64,000 nt of DNA from Octopus vulgaris. Taxonomy: Eukaryota. Positions within the stretch are counted from its first letter, which is position 1; every line of letters starts with the position of its first letter. The position numbers and the translations under genes were made by a program. The notes under the pieces are model-generated. The model worked only from the letters and a program-made list of their open reading frames with translations, did no database searches and was not told where the DNA came from. Location: NCBI GenBank assembly GCA_951406725.2, contig OX597817.1, positions 76,012,001-76,076,000 on the forward strand, written 5' to 3'. This document shows positions 52,028 through 64,000 of the stretch, in pieces.

Positions 52028-52770
52028 AAAGGAATGACCACTATGCTAAACATAGACGTCAAACCGCCATTACCACGAAGAATGTGCTCTCAAGAAAAAA
52101 ATTTCAGCAAAAGCGCCAAAGTGTAAAAATCATCAAGACAATTGAAAATATACGAAATAAAAACGATTACCTACGTAGCAATTGGTTCCACTTGTTACTA
52201 TCTACGTAAATAAAACACGCAGATATCTGCAAGTTCCTCAGTGTAGTCTGTCGCTTGCAAAACACAATTTCCAGAACTAGGTACAGAATGCTCAATCGAA
52301 ATAGAGTATCTAGAAAGTTCTACACTTTATATTTGGGTGTATTCTTTCAAATGCCTTCACTTTGGCGTGCAGAGGCCGGAAATTACTCTGCAGTTAATAA
52401 ATTTCAGCAGCCAATTTACCAGTTAGAGAACATATTTTATTTAAAAGTAAATAAGAGTAGAAATTGATGATAATCAATTAAAACCAGTGGCTTAGCATAT
52501 TTAAAAATCCGAAGATTAAAAATTGTGTTACATACAAAATTAAGAGGAATGACCACTAAAGTGGACACCCTATATGCTAAACATAGACGGCAAATCACCA
52601 TTACCACGAAGTATGTGTTCTCAAGAATAAAATCTCAGCAAAAACGCCAAATTCTAAAAATGATCAAGACAAATGAAAATATAATACCTACGTATATAAA
52701 ACACGCAGATATCTACAAGATCCTCAGCGTAGTCTGTCGCTTATAAACTGCAATCTCCAGAACTAGGTAG
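52028..52770 (+). repeat. Two diverged direct copies (~52028-52285 and ~52543-52770) of an unclassified repeat
   Basis: Shared ggaatgaccacta..tgctaaacatagacg..ccattaccacgaag..cacgcagatatct.caag.tcctcag.gtagtctgtcgctt..ccagaactaggta. Confidence 0.85.
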
Positions 52771-52859
52771 TAAAGTACCCTGTTGTTGATGTTGAAATTC
52801 CAGTGAAGGATTATGCATGTGTGTATGCATGCACGTATACATGCATGTATGCACGCATG

Positions 52860-55100
52860 TATGTATGTATGTATGTATGTATGTATGTATGTATGTATGT
52901 ATGTATGTATGTATGTATGTATGTATGTATGTATGTGCTGATTTATATGTTTTATGTATATATTCTAATGCATACAGTTGCATAACTAGACATGGTCATA
53001 TATATTTAAATGATAAACTTCTGGAAAGTTTTACGGATTTTTATAGTTTCAGTGATGGATTGGATCTGTAGTCTTCGAATCAGCATTCTCTTTTCTGGTT
53101 TTGAGAAGCCTAATTTCTCAAGATTGGTATTTAAGCAGTGTGTTACATATCCCAGGGCCCCAATAATCACTGGTATTAACCTGAACTTGTAATCTGGATT
53201 GAGTAACTGCAAATTTCTCTATAGTTCAGCGTAGGTGTTTTCCTTTTCACTGATCTTCAGCTTTATGTTAACATCCGCTGCACAGTTTTTCTTCTCTATC
53301 CCAAATCCTTATAGCAGGTCTGCTGTGCTTACATTATATGGAAGTCTTCCCCGGGACATTCCACTAATATTCCTTTTTATTATGAGTGGCTATGGCTTCT
53401 ATCATATTATGGGTTCTTATTTCTTTGTCCTCGAGATTATCTTTCCGACGGATTTCATTATAGATTGCCCAAGCTACAAAATCATGTCTCATTGTTAGAT
53501 AATACCATGACGAAATTTGTGGACAACTGCTTATGATGTGGGTGATATCTTCAGTGGGAACGCCATAAAGTCTGCATCGGTTGTCACATTTTACTGTTTT
53601 TCCTGCGTCTCTATCCCTTTTGTGCATCAGGTACTTGGTTGACATTTCCTGTTACTGTATTGCAAACGTATTCCCTTCAAAGTGGAAGGTAGTAATCCGG
53701 CTATTGGTCCATGATAAACAGATTTGATGATCGATGTTAGTGTCATCACGGAGCTTTCTACTAACATATCCATGCATCATCAGATACAGGGGAAACAGTC
53801 ATATCATTGATGGAGATGTTACTAGTCTGGTTTATAGTTTTCCTCCTTTTCACAACCATATAACAACATTTATCCTGACCAAATTCCAACACTTCGTCTT
53901 TTAAGGATGTTGTAACTTGGGTAAGGCTCTTTTGCATATCATGCATATTCTTTTCATAAAGTTTTCAGTCATCCACAAAGAAACAGTGTAATTTTGGGAT
54001 TTCTGTTTCCTTGTGAACCTTTGAGATATCTATCACACTTCCTTAACATGAATGACAAGGGGTTTACAGAAGGTATAAACAACATCACAGAGAGGCTGTC
54101 TCCTTGGAATATGCCTTAGCGATACTGTATTCTATGGTTGATAATCCGGTCACTCTTTGTGTTTAACTTCAAGAAGGTGGCCCACAATGAAGTCAGTCAC
54201 CTATGGCTTTCATTATTCTCACTGGAACTTTAGCAGGTTGAAGGGCTTCTAGTATCAATGAGTGGGGAACAGAGTCGAAGGCTTTCTTGTAGTCTGGTCA
54301 CGTTAAAACTAAGTTCATATGCTCTCGCCCCTCTGACATAACAGTCTTGTTAATTAACAGTTGCTCGGCATATCCCCAAACTCCCTTCTTTCCAGTTGCT
54401 TGCTCTGTTGTGATAATGTTATTGGTTTCACAATGGTCCTGAAGGAATAGATTTAAACATGCTGTATATGTCTTATACATTAAGTTCTGGCATGCAATTG
54501 GCCGGTAGTGTTTTGCCATGTGGGTGTTTCTGCATTTGGGGATCAATTTTGTCTCTGCCAGAGCTAACTAGTGTGGTATGCTACTGTTCCCAATGACAGC
54601 TTGCAGGTACAGATTGATAAGCTATGTGCAGTAGAATGTTGGCTTCTTGTACCAATGTCCAACAATCAAGTCTCTTCCAGGTGCTTTACCATCCTGGAGT
54701 TTCTTGATGATATTTGAAAAGTTTCACTATGAATGTTGTATGTTTTGGAGGTTTACACAAGAACAATAACATTTTCGGATTTCTTTCAGCCACAGAGCAT
54801 CTTGATTAAATTCCTTCTCTTTACTCCAAATTTCCCTCCAGAATGAGTCTATGTCTTCTCCTGAAGGAGCTTCCGTGATGTTTACTACTCCGCTCACGTA
54901 TACTGTTGCCTGGTTGCGCTTAAATATTTTGTTTATTGTCGTTCTCTTGGTTATTCTCTTCTGAAGTGGGAATTTTTCACTGACATCTTAGCTCCTGCTT
55001 GAGGGTAATCTATTTGCAAGTGAGTGTTTTCTTTTTATTGTCCCCAAACATCATTTCTATCTCCTTTACTTTCTGTTTGTGGGACTTTAGTGATTTGCTT
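52860..55100 (-). mobile_element. R4-like REL LINE, decayed (RT, CCHC, REL, 3' UTR with (CATA)n)
   Basis: YRPIACQNLMYK..EQATGKKGVWG..EQLLINK; PDYKKAFDSVPH; GIFQGDSLS; HCFFVDD; CRLYGVPTEDITHIISSC; RHD; IPVIIGALG. Confidence 0.92.
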
Positions 55101-56088
55101 GCTTACATACATACATAGATATATATGTATGTTTGCATGTATATATATACATACATATATGTATGCATGTATGCGTGTATTTGTGTATGTATACATTTTG
55201 TGATAATTTCATAATTTCATGTAATTCTAATAATGTGAAGATTCTGCAGCTGGCGTTTGCTTAAGTCAGCCGCAGTTATTAATTTTGTAGCCTGTTATTT
55301 GTGACGGCTCTGTCAATAGTCAGTAAAAATCTTTGCTGAGCTAATTCCATTTTCAAATCGATTTACCTCTTTAATTCAAAACACCAACTATTGTAATCCT
55401 TGGTATTGAATATGAAATAAGATTTGGAATATGCAGTGTAGTGCCAACAACTTTAAAATATTCTACAGATTCCTGTACTGAATAGACCCACCGAACACTT
55501 TTATTCACTCGTTGCCGCACATTCTGGTATGTTTTCTACAATAAGAAAACATTTAAGAACATGTTGTATAACTTACGTGAAGATGCGTGGCCTTGTGGTT
55601 AGGTTATTGGAATATTTTCTGTTTGGCTGCCAATTTTCAATCTCTTCAATTCTTGCACGAATTGTTTTCATATTCGATGTAATGATATGGTTTTATATGC
55701 AAATCACTGCTTTGAAGTTCATTTTCGCAATAAATCAATAAACAAAGTGCTATTAGCTTTTAAAACTTGCAAATTTGGGGTAATTTTAGCCAATTGTAAG
55801 CCACAGACACCTTCATGTCTGTTTCCATAGTAACAAGCCAAACATGAAATACTCTTTTGTCTGCGGGAGAGCACGCGTTGACAAATATATTCTACGCGAA
55901 ATCATATGCGCCGATGCTGTGTTCATCTGCTGCCTGTACTCTGGTCGAGAGATGTGCTAAAAGTAACAGACAAGTAGTCCTTAAATCAGCTATTCTTTTG
56001 GTGTTTTCAAAATCCTTTGAAATCCTGAGTGTAGAATACAAATTCACAAACGTTTTCTGAAAATTCCCAAAAATAAAAAAAAGTTAAG

Positions 56089-56350
56089 AGGATATATTCA
56101 ATTTGATGGCCAGAATTTTTAATTAGTTTCTTTTTAACTATACTCTTTGAAACTCTGGATACTGGTAGAATATGTCACATAGAACAAGGTTTACTCTTAA
56201 CGCTTTTGACAAAATTTTGTATTTTAGAATTATTTCGTGTTAAAGTTGTCGTATTTGGGTAATTTTAATCAATCAATGACGTGAATTCAGCTGAAGAAAA
56301 TTACTGCTGCTGATTGACTAGTTGTGATGATGATAAAACTATTTTCTATA
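56089..56350. mobile_element. Truncated relative of the Merlin-like MITE
   Basis: It starts ggatatattcaatttgatggccag (compare ggatcttttcggtttgaacggcag). It contains aaactctggatactggtagaatatg, matching the reverse complement of ~28685-28712. Confidence 0.5.
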
Positions 56351-56353
56351 TCC

Positions 56354-59175
56354 AGGTGGGAGCCATACTTACGAAAACTCCTAATTCTGATCAAATTATT
56401 TTACTGGGAGATTTCAATGCCAGGGTTGGATCAGATTGGTAGACGTAGAACTCTCTTGGACATTTTGATGTAGGGAAGATGACTAGCAAAGGTCTCATGG
56501 TTCTGGCGCTTTACAAGGAATACGGAATTTACATCGTAGGCACTCATTTTATGAACAGAGGTAATCACACAGCAACATGGATACTCTCAAAGTCTAAACT
56601 TTGGTACTTGCTGGATCATGTATTAATTCGCAAGCGTAACATCCATAGCATTTATAATGTCAAGTTCCTTCATAGTACAGAGTGTTGGACGGACTACAGC
56701 CAGGTGTGAGCAAAGTTCCAGATGATGATTAGAATGAAATAAAAAAAGAGGGCCAGTTGGCATTCCTCGGTGTCTGAATGTCCATAAGATATATGATACT
56801 GTGTTGAGGAAAGAGCTTCAGAATCGTTTATCCAGCTTTTAAAATACTACAGTGTAGGAGGATGTTCGAGACCAAGTTTTTCAATGTGCTGCTGAATCAC
56901 TGAGGTATGCTACTGCTAGACACAGACTGATTTGATGAAAATGATGCTGAAGCTCAGCGACTGCTGGTCGTAAAGCGTTATGCCCACAGTCTATTATGGC
57001 TCAGAGGATTTTCAGTTGTGCAGCGAAATATGACATTTGCCCACTACAGCAGTGCAAAATCACTATTGCAGCGATCTCTCAAGAAGATGCAGAACTCCTG
57101 ATGGGAGGATTGTGCTCGTGATGTTCAGGCCGCTGTTGATGTAAATGACAGCAAGAAGCTTTACCATCTTATGAAATAAGTTTATGGGCCTAAGAACTCT
57201 GCATCGGCTCCTTTGTTTTCAATGAATCTTCTACCTTGTTTATTACATCAACAGAGATCACTGGTCACTGGATTGAATATTTGTCTGAACTTCTAAACCG
57301 TGAGTCTGTTGTGGACGAAGCATTGAATGGCACTATACAACAGAGACCTGTCATTAGCTCTTTAAATTCTACGCCCTCTATAGATGAGGTAATGACAACA
57401 ATAAGTTAATAGAATCTTGGAAAGGCACCTGGTTAGGATGGTATTTATGCTGAGGTCCTGCGATTTGGTGATGTTCACATCACACAAACCCTTCATGAAC
57501 TTAGTGTAATCTGGAGGGATTGTGCAATGCCTAAGGAATGGAATGATGCAATTATTCTTCCTCTCTATAAAGGAAAGAGAGCTAGAGTAGAGCGTGACAT
57601 CTACAGAGGTATTACTCTTCTATCAGCTGGCAAGGTTCTGGCAAGTATTCTTCTTACCCGCCTGAATAGGTGTCTTGTAAATGATGTCCAATCTGAATCT
57701 AAATGTGGTTTCCGATCTGGAAGAGGAACGAAGGATATGATTTTCAAAGCGAGACAGCTGCAGAAGTGTTATGAGCAGAATATGGATCTTGTCCAGGTTT
57801 TCATTGATTTAACCAAGGTCTTTGATACTGTGAATAGGGCCTCCCTATGAAAACTACTTGGCAAACTTGGATGTCTGGATCACTTTGTATCAATAATCAA
57901 CTCATTTCATGGTGGGATGGAGGCTTGGGTTAATGTTGGTGGTGGCGTGGCGGGACCTATTCCTGTAGAGAATAGTGTCAAGCAGGGTATCATTCTTGCT
58001 CCAACTCTTTTCTCTGTACTTTGATGCTACTCGTATTCATGTTTTTGCTGTGGAAAGCTCTCCTGGGATATATGTCAGGTATCGATCTCCTGGCCGTCTT
58101 TCTAACCGTCGTGGATTTGCTGCCAATTCAAACGTTTTCCAGTCTCTTATTAGTAACCTCCTTTATGCAGATGACTGACTTGGTCACTCGTACAGCAGAT
58201 GATATGCAAATACTTGTGAATCATATTTCTGCTTCTTGCAAGGTAGTTGGACTCAGCATTAGTCTAGACAAGACTGTTGTAATGTCCCAGCCTGCACCAG
58301 GAAACCCTATGTGGAACTAGCTGTCTTGGTTGAAAGCACAATGCATAAAGTGTTAGACAAGTTTGTGTACCTAGGTAGCACACCTAGCCGTTCTTGCTCC
58401 CTGGATGATGAAATATCTTTCAGACTGCAAAAGCAACTGATTCTTTCAGGTCTCTTGAGCCTCGTGTCTGGTCCCAACATGGCATCAGAAGGCGAACAAC
58501 AATGTTGTGTACCGTGCATGTGTACTGACATCATTCTTTTACTCATGTCAGACATGGACCCTTTACTGACGTCATGTAAGGGTCCTTGAATGTTTCTATC
58601 AGAGACACATTCTGAATGTTGGCTGGACCTTAAAAACTCCCGATACATAGGTCCTGAGGAAAAACGATAACTTGTGTATTGACGCGATGGTGCACAAACA
58701 CCGGTTGCACTGAATACCTTGTTACAATGATAGCAAGATCCCTAAACAGATACTATATGGGGAACTTCTTAGTGGAAAGTGACCCGGGCAGACGCCAATA
58801 CTGCGATGTAAAAAATGTGTAAAGTCCTCATTAAAGGCCTGTGAAATACAGGCTGACTGGGAGAGCAATGCTTGTCATTGCCACGGATGGAGAAAAAAGG
58901 TAAAGGTTGGAGTCGATAATTTTGAAAGTGCACGTATTCTTCATGAATAATTTAAATTGTATTGCTCGAAAATGCACAGCTCGTAAAATTAATGGAGAAA
59001 ACTTGGTCCGCAATGTTTGCAGTCGTGTATGTTTGTCAAGAGCAGGGCTCGTTAGTCACCAACGGAGCCGCAAGTGTAAAATATGAGGCAGTCTTGAGCG
59101 CGCAACGTTCCTAAAAGTCAGTGATGGTTTTCCTCGGTTACGAGCGGACAGGCATGATTATGTATGATCATGTAA
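56354..59175 (+). mobile_element. RTE (BovB-like) LINE, 5'-truncated and pseudogenised (APE, RT, C-terminal zinc finger)
   Basis: IILLGDFNARVG; TW..SK.WYLLDHVLIR; TECWTD; GKAPG*DGI; YRGITLLS; CGFRSGRGT.DMIF.ARQLQ; FIDLTKVFDTVNR; VKQG..LAP; LLYADD; FVYLGS; IPKQILYGEL; CSRVCLSRAGLVSHQR. Confidence 0.95.
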
Positions 59176-59214
59176 ACACACACACACACATACACACACA
59201 CTTATATATAATAT

Positions 59215-59326
59215 TGATTGTGTGGTAAGAAGCTTGCTTCCAGGTTCAATTCCTGCGTGGTAGTTTGGGCTAGTGTCTTCTTTGGGTAAGTGATCTCGGG
59301 GCGACCAAGTGAATTGTAAGCACATA

Positions 59327-59364
<38 letters not shown>

Positions 59365-59620
59365 GCGTGTGTGTGTGTGTGAGTCTGTGTATGTATGAAC
59401 GTGTTTGTGTGTGTGTGTGTTGGTGTCTGCTTTTCTCCTTTTACCGCTTGACAATCAGTGTGTTTACATGCCTGGAACTTAACGGTTCGGCACTAGATCC
59501 TGATGAAATAAATACCAGATCTAAACAAAAATAAGTACTGGGATAAACTTATTTGATTAAAATTTTTCAAGGCGTTGGCCGAGCATAGTTGCACTCAAAT
59601 CAGTAAAACATGGAACAAAG
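59215..59620 (+). mobile_element. Old SINE family B copy
   Basis: tgtgtggtaagaagcttgcttcc..ggttcaattcctgcgtgg, then a microsatellite, cgcttgacaa and a decayed tail. Confidence 0.7.
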
Positions 59621-59630
59621 GTACATATAT

Positions 59631-59720
<90 letters not shown>

Positions 59721-60532
59721 TTATGTGTGTGCGTGGGTTTGTGAGTTGGCATGTGTGTGTGTGTGTGTGTCGGTTAAAAAAATCCTGTGGATATAATGGC
59801 AGGTATTTAATAATTGATCTTTTTTGCAAAAGTTCAACCTCCAAATGATGCAGCCTCACACTAGCTGCCAATGTTACTTAACGGCTATATCGATTGAAAA
59901 CAGGATGCCGCCATTAATTTATTACATTTTTATTTTCAGACCACAATCCAAAGAGATATGGCACTGAGCTTAATGTTGCTTGACATAATATTGTGTTATT
60001 CTTGGCTGATGTCTTCTAGGATAAAGTAAGAATCGATTTTCTTAGCACATTAAATATCATTTCAGCGATAGTTCTATCGTATTTTCGCCTAAATGTGATT
60101 AAGGCATAAGTATTGTGCTAATATAAACTTGAAATTCCATTAAAGGCAAATTGGATAGTATTTTCCTTTTTAATTAGACACACGCATACACATACGTACA
60201 CGTACACGCAAACACCCACAACTAGGCACCCGCCAACGCACACGCACACACATGCAAACACACACACACACACACACACGCACATGCACATACACATAAG
60301 AACACATACACTCGCATGTATTCATTATGAACAGAACGTGGTTAGAAACTAATGTTCTCAGTATGTGCTCGCAGCGACACGAGGAGCACGCGTATATTTG
60401 TATATATATATATATGTTTGTGTGTGTGTATGTGTGTATGTATATTTATGTATATGCTCACACAATCATATGTATATACATACTTAAGGTATACATATAC
60501 ATGCCTTTATATATATATCTCTATATGTATGT

Positions 60533-60623
<91 letters not shown>

Positions 60624-60633
60624 CATATGTATC

Positions 60634-60697
<64 letters not shown>

Positions 60698-60992
60698 TGT
60701 ACATGCATGATACACTGCTGAAAAAGGTCTTACCTGAAAGAATCTATTTAACAAATCTCAGCGAAGTATGTGATGACAAACAGCATTAGCGAGCATTGAT
60801 ATAAGAATGCTATGGCTTTCAGAATGTGAACAACCAACAAAATAACTCTCACACACTTACCCACACATACGAACATACACACGGCACTATCTCACTCACC
60901 CACCCACTCGCATACACACGCATGTCCTCTGACATGCACATAAAATACGTACGTGCATGATGAATATATTCATCTTGGAAAAAACAACAGCA

Positions 60993-61247
60993 GGAACAAC
61001 GACAAAGAAACCCAATTACAAACTTCGTCGGTGGTCTGGAAATGGAAAGATTGTTGAATATTCTGGAAATCGCAATTTGTACGTAAGTGAACAGCAGGGA
61101 AATTTAATGTATAAAAACAATATTATTCCTACTTATACAACAGGTACTGATAGTGTTTCGGCGGTGGTAATGTTCGAGAGGAGATCAGTACAAAACCAAA
61201 CCGAAGTAATATCTCTCAATGTAGATATAACTGTTGATTCACGATGG
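60993..61247 (+). CDS. Candidate coding exon(s), product unknown
   Basis: Non-repetitive open frame (..KPNYKLRRWSGNGKIVEYSGNRNL..TDSVSAVVMFERRSVQNQTEVISLNVDITVDSRW) ending at a consensus TGG|GTGAGT donor. An internal acaacag| acceptor lies at 61143. Confidence 0.25.
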
Positions 61248-61315
61248 GTGAGTATATTGCTGATTAAACCGAGATACGTTTTTCAATGGCCTTTTAAAAA
61301 ACTTAGAATCTGTAG

Positions 61316-61475
61316 AGGCGTAGGCATAGCAGTGGTAAGAAGTTTGCTTGACAACCACATATTTCGCGGTTTCAGCCCTGCTGCGTGTTACCTGGGTAAC
61401 AATCATCTACCGTGCCGCGGGGTCGACCTTATAAATGGATTTGGTTGGTGGAAATTGAGAAAAAGCCCATCATGT
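61316..61475 (+). mobile_element. Old SINE family B head
   Basis: aggcgtaggcatagcagtggtaagaagtttgctt..ggatttggttggtggaaattga. Confidence 0.65.
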
Positions 61476-61605
61476 GTGCGTACAAGCTGACAAACAGACA
61501 GACATGAATGTATATAAGTATAACAAGGAGTACGTTCAGAGAAAATTATATCTTTATTATAGAACTCACGTTATAAAGCCGACAATTGTCTGTATTGCAC
61601 ACATA

Positions 61606-61664
<59 letters not shown>

Positions 61665-61684
61665 CACACACACATATTCTTTCT

Positions 61685-61885
61685 TTTGTTTTTTCACTTG
61701 TTTCAGTCATTTGACTGCGGCCATGCTGGAGCACTACATTCAGTCGAACAAATCGCCCCAGGACTGTAAGCCTAGTACTAATTCTATCGCTACTTTTGCT
61801 GAACCGCCAAGTTACGGGCACCCATACACGCGAACATCGGTTGTCAAGCGATGGTGGGGGAGAAACACAGACACACAGCACACAG

Positions 61886-61967
<82 letters not shown>

Positions 61968-62062
61968 GGAGAGATTATTTTCCGTCTACCAAATCCACTC
62001 ACAAGGCCCGAAGCTATAGTAGCAGACATTTTCCCGAGGTGCCCCGCAGTGGGACTGAACTC
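61685..62062 (-). mobile_element. SINE family B, antisense copy
   Basis: Reverse complement of the tail (acttgtttcagtcatttgactgcggccatgctggagcac), the body and part of the head. Confidence 0.85.
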
Positions 62063-62262
62063 GGAGACGGTGTGAGAGGAAAAATTAAGTCATAGTAAGT
62101 TTCGATGTGATACAAATAGAGAGTGAGATAGAGGAAAGGAAATAGTTGTAAGATATGTATGGTTATACATCTTACATATATTTCCTTTCCTCCACCTCAC
62201 TCTCTATTTGTATCACATCAAAACTTACTATGACTTAATTTTTCCTCTCACACCGTTTCCGA
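62061..62262. repeat. Inverted repeat with ~95-bp arms
   Basis: tcggagacggtgtgagaggaaaaattaagtcatagtaag.. pairs with ..cttactatgacttaatttttcctctcacaccgtttccga. Confidence 0.95.
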
Positions 62263-62275
62263 TGAAGGGATATTA

Positions 62276-62540
62276 TCTCTCTATATATAAAACTGAGAAT
62301 GTGTGTGTGTGTGTGTGTGTGTGTGTGTCTGTCTGTGTGTTTCCCTAAAACTTGAGAACTACACAATCAATTTCATTCAAATTTTACACATGCCTTACTT
62401 ATGGTCCATGTAGTGTCATGGGCAAAAAAATGCTTAACTTCATGCCTAGGACGAGCCCACAGCAATATCATATCTTCTCCACTATTACAGTATTACGTGT
62501 TGAAAGTGAAACAAAAACATCTCTCTATTGTATGTATATG

Positions 62541-62599
<59 letters not shown>

Positions 62600-63250
62600 C
62601 AAAATATAAAGTTATATCTTGAGATCGTTTAGTGATAACAACGTTCAAAATATATAATAGACTGGAATAGTAGTGCTCAAATGAGCTGTGTACACTATTT
62701 AATACGAGGGGAGGCAATGCGAGCAGCAACTACAAGAACACTACAAAATCCACAGAAAGATCAAACACATACATATATTCATTTATATCTACAGAACAGA
62801 CATAAAGCCCGACGTTTAGAAATATATAGTAATATATAAATATATAAACCTCATATAAAAATATATTGTACGCATAAGATCCACTCGACGTTCCATAAGA
62901 ATTTAGAAATAAAAATTGCAATAAAAGTTAGAGGTAATAATAACAATTGAATTAAATATAGTAATTATAGTAAGTAGTAATTAAAATAAAACTAAAGTAT
63001 GGTAATTAAATCGTAATATAACAATTAAAAGAAAAAATAGCATTTAGTATAAAATGTATCAAGGACTTGAACTTGAACTCGAATATGTGTATTTTTGTAA
63101 ATTTGTATATTTATCTTCTATGTATTTTTCTCTGGAATTTTAATTCGTCTTTTTAATATGTCATTGTATGTTTTATTACCCCTAGTTTTTATTTAACAAA
63201 TTTATACCAAACTAGCACTATGACCCTGCAACGCCGGGTCATAATGCTAG
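62276..63250 (+). mobile_element. Non-autonomous Helitron, probably with nested insertions
   Basis: 5' A|TCTCTCTATATATAAAACTG followed by (TG)n. The 3' end is actagcactatgaccctgcaacgccgggtcataatgCTAG|T. Both termini resemble those of 15310-15815. Confidence 0.85.
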
Positions 63251-63377
63251 TTATATAATATTCTAGAAACAGGTGTAAGACTTTCTATCTATAAATGCTC
63301 TAATATCTATCTATACAGCCTTGTTTTTTTTTATCTCATTACGCAAAAAAATTCATACATATACATACATACATACA

Positions 63378-63474
<97 letters not shown>

Positions 63475-63660
63475 CAATAATTAAGGGTTTAGCAACAAGT
63501 TGCTTGACCACATACCGTTCGTTGTTTTTTTTTAATTTTTACTTCTTTTCTTAAATGTCTATTTTATAATTTTAGTTCCCCGACTCTATGTTATGTCTTG
63601 TTGTGTATTGTCTGTATGTGTTGTATTTGTCTTTCCACATATCTAAAAAATCTACGTCGA

Positions 63661-63743
<83 letters not shown>

Positions 63744-63915
63744 TATCAGGTTGAGTAAAAATAACCAACGTTTTGAACCATGAAGGATTTGCACCGTATT
63801 TTTGCAGTTTTGAATTTGGTTGAAACAATTTTTTGCATTTGTCTGATAATACAGATATAGACTTGCCGAAACGCATCAATAAATTAACATTGATTTTTTT
63901 CCCTCGTTGTAACAA
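63744..63915 (-). mobile_element. Possible mariner 3' end remnant
   Basis: A TIR-like tatcaggttgagtaaaaa follows (TA)n, with weak similarity to the mariner C-terminus. Confidence 0.35.
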
Positions 63916-64000
63916 TCATCTTTTCTAATTTAGGCACAGAGAGACCAGAAGATGTGAAGTCCAGCGAGCATAAGGGAACTTTAATCTTTTACAAGAAATC

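Overview
AT-rich, microsatellite-saturated eukaryotic DNA. The SINE, LINE and microsatellite make-up suggests a cephalopod (Octopus-like) genome; this is an inference. No intact host gene or intact transposon ORF can be supported, and almost all ORF-track entries are microsatellite translations. The recognisable content is decayed mobile DNA: Penelope-like elements (RT and GIY-YIG), R4/Dong-like REL LINEs, RTE LINEs, a Ty3/Gypsy pol fragment, mariner and DD37D transposons, three non-autonomous Helitrons, MITEs and at least three tRNA-headed SINE families. Five observations stand out. (1) About ten minimal type-I hammerhead-ribozyme-like motifs, mostly degenerate, sit in Penelope 3' ends and in short cassettes inside (TA)n tracts. 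(2) One such motif is split in stem II by a Helitron and can be rebuilt by removing it. (3) A TIR element with an 8-bp TSD carries TTAGGG repeats. (4) SINEs with 184-bp internal tandem units are bounded by single TSD pairs. (5) Several locally generated fold-back palindromes occur. A few weak candidate host exons are also flagged. All translations and alignments were done by eye, and coordinates of decayed elements are approximate.
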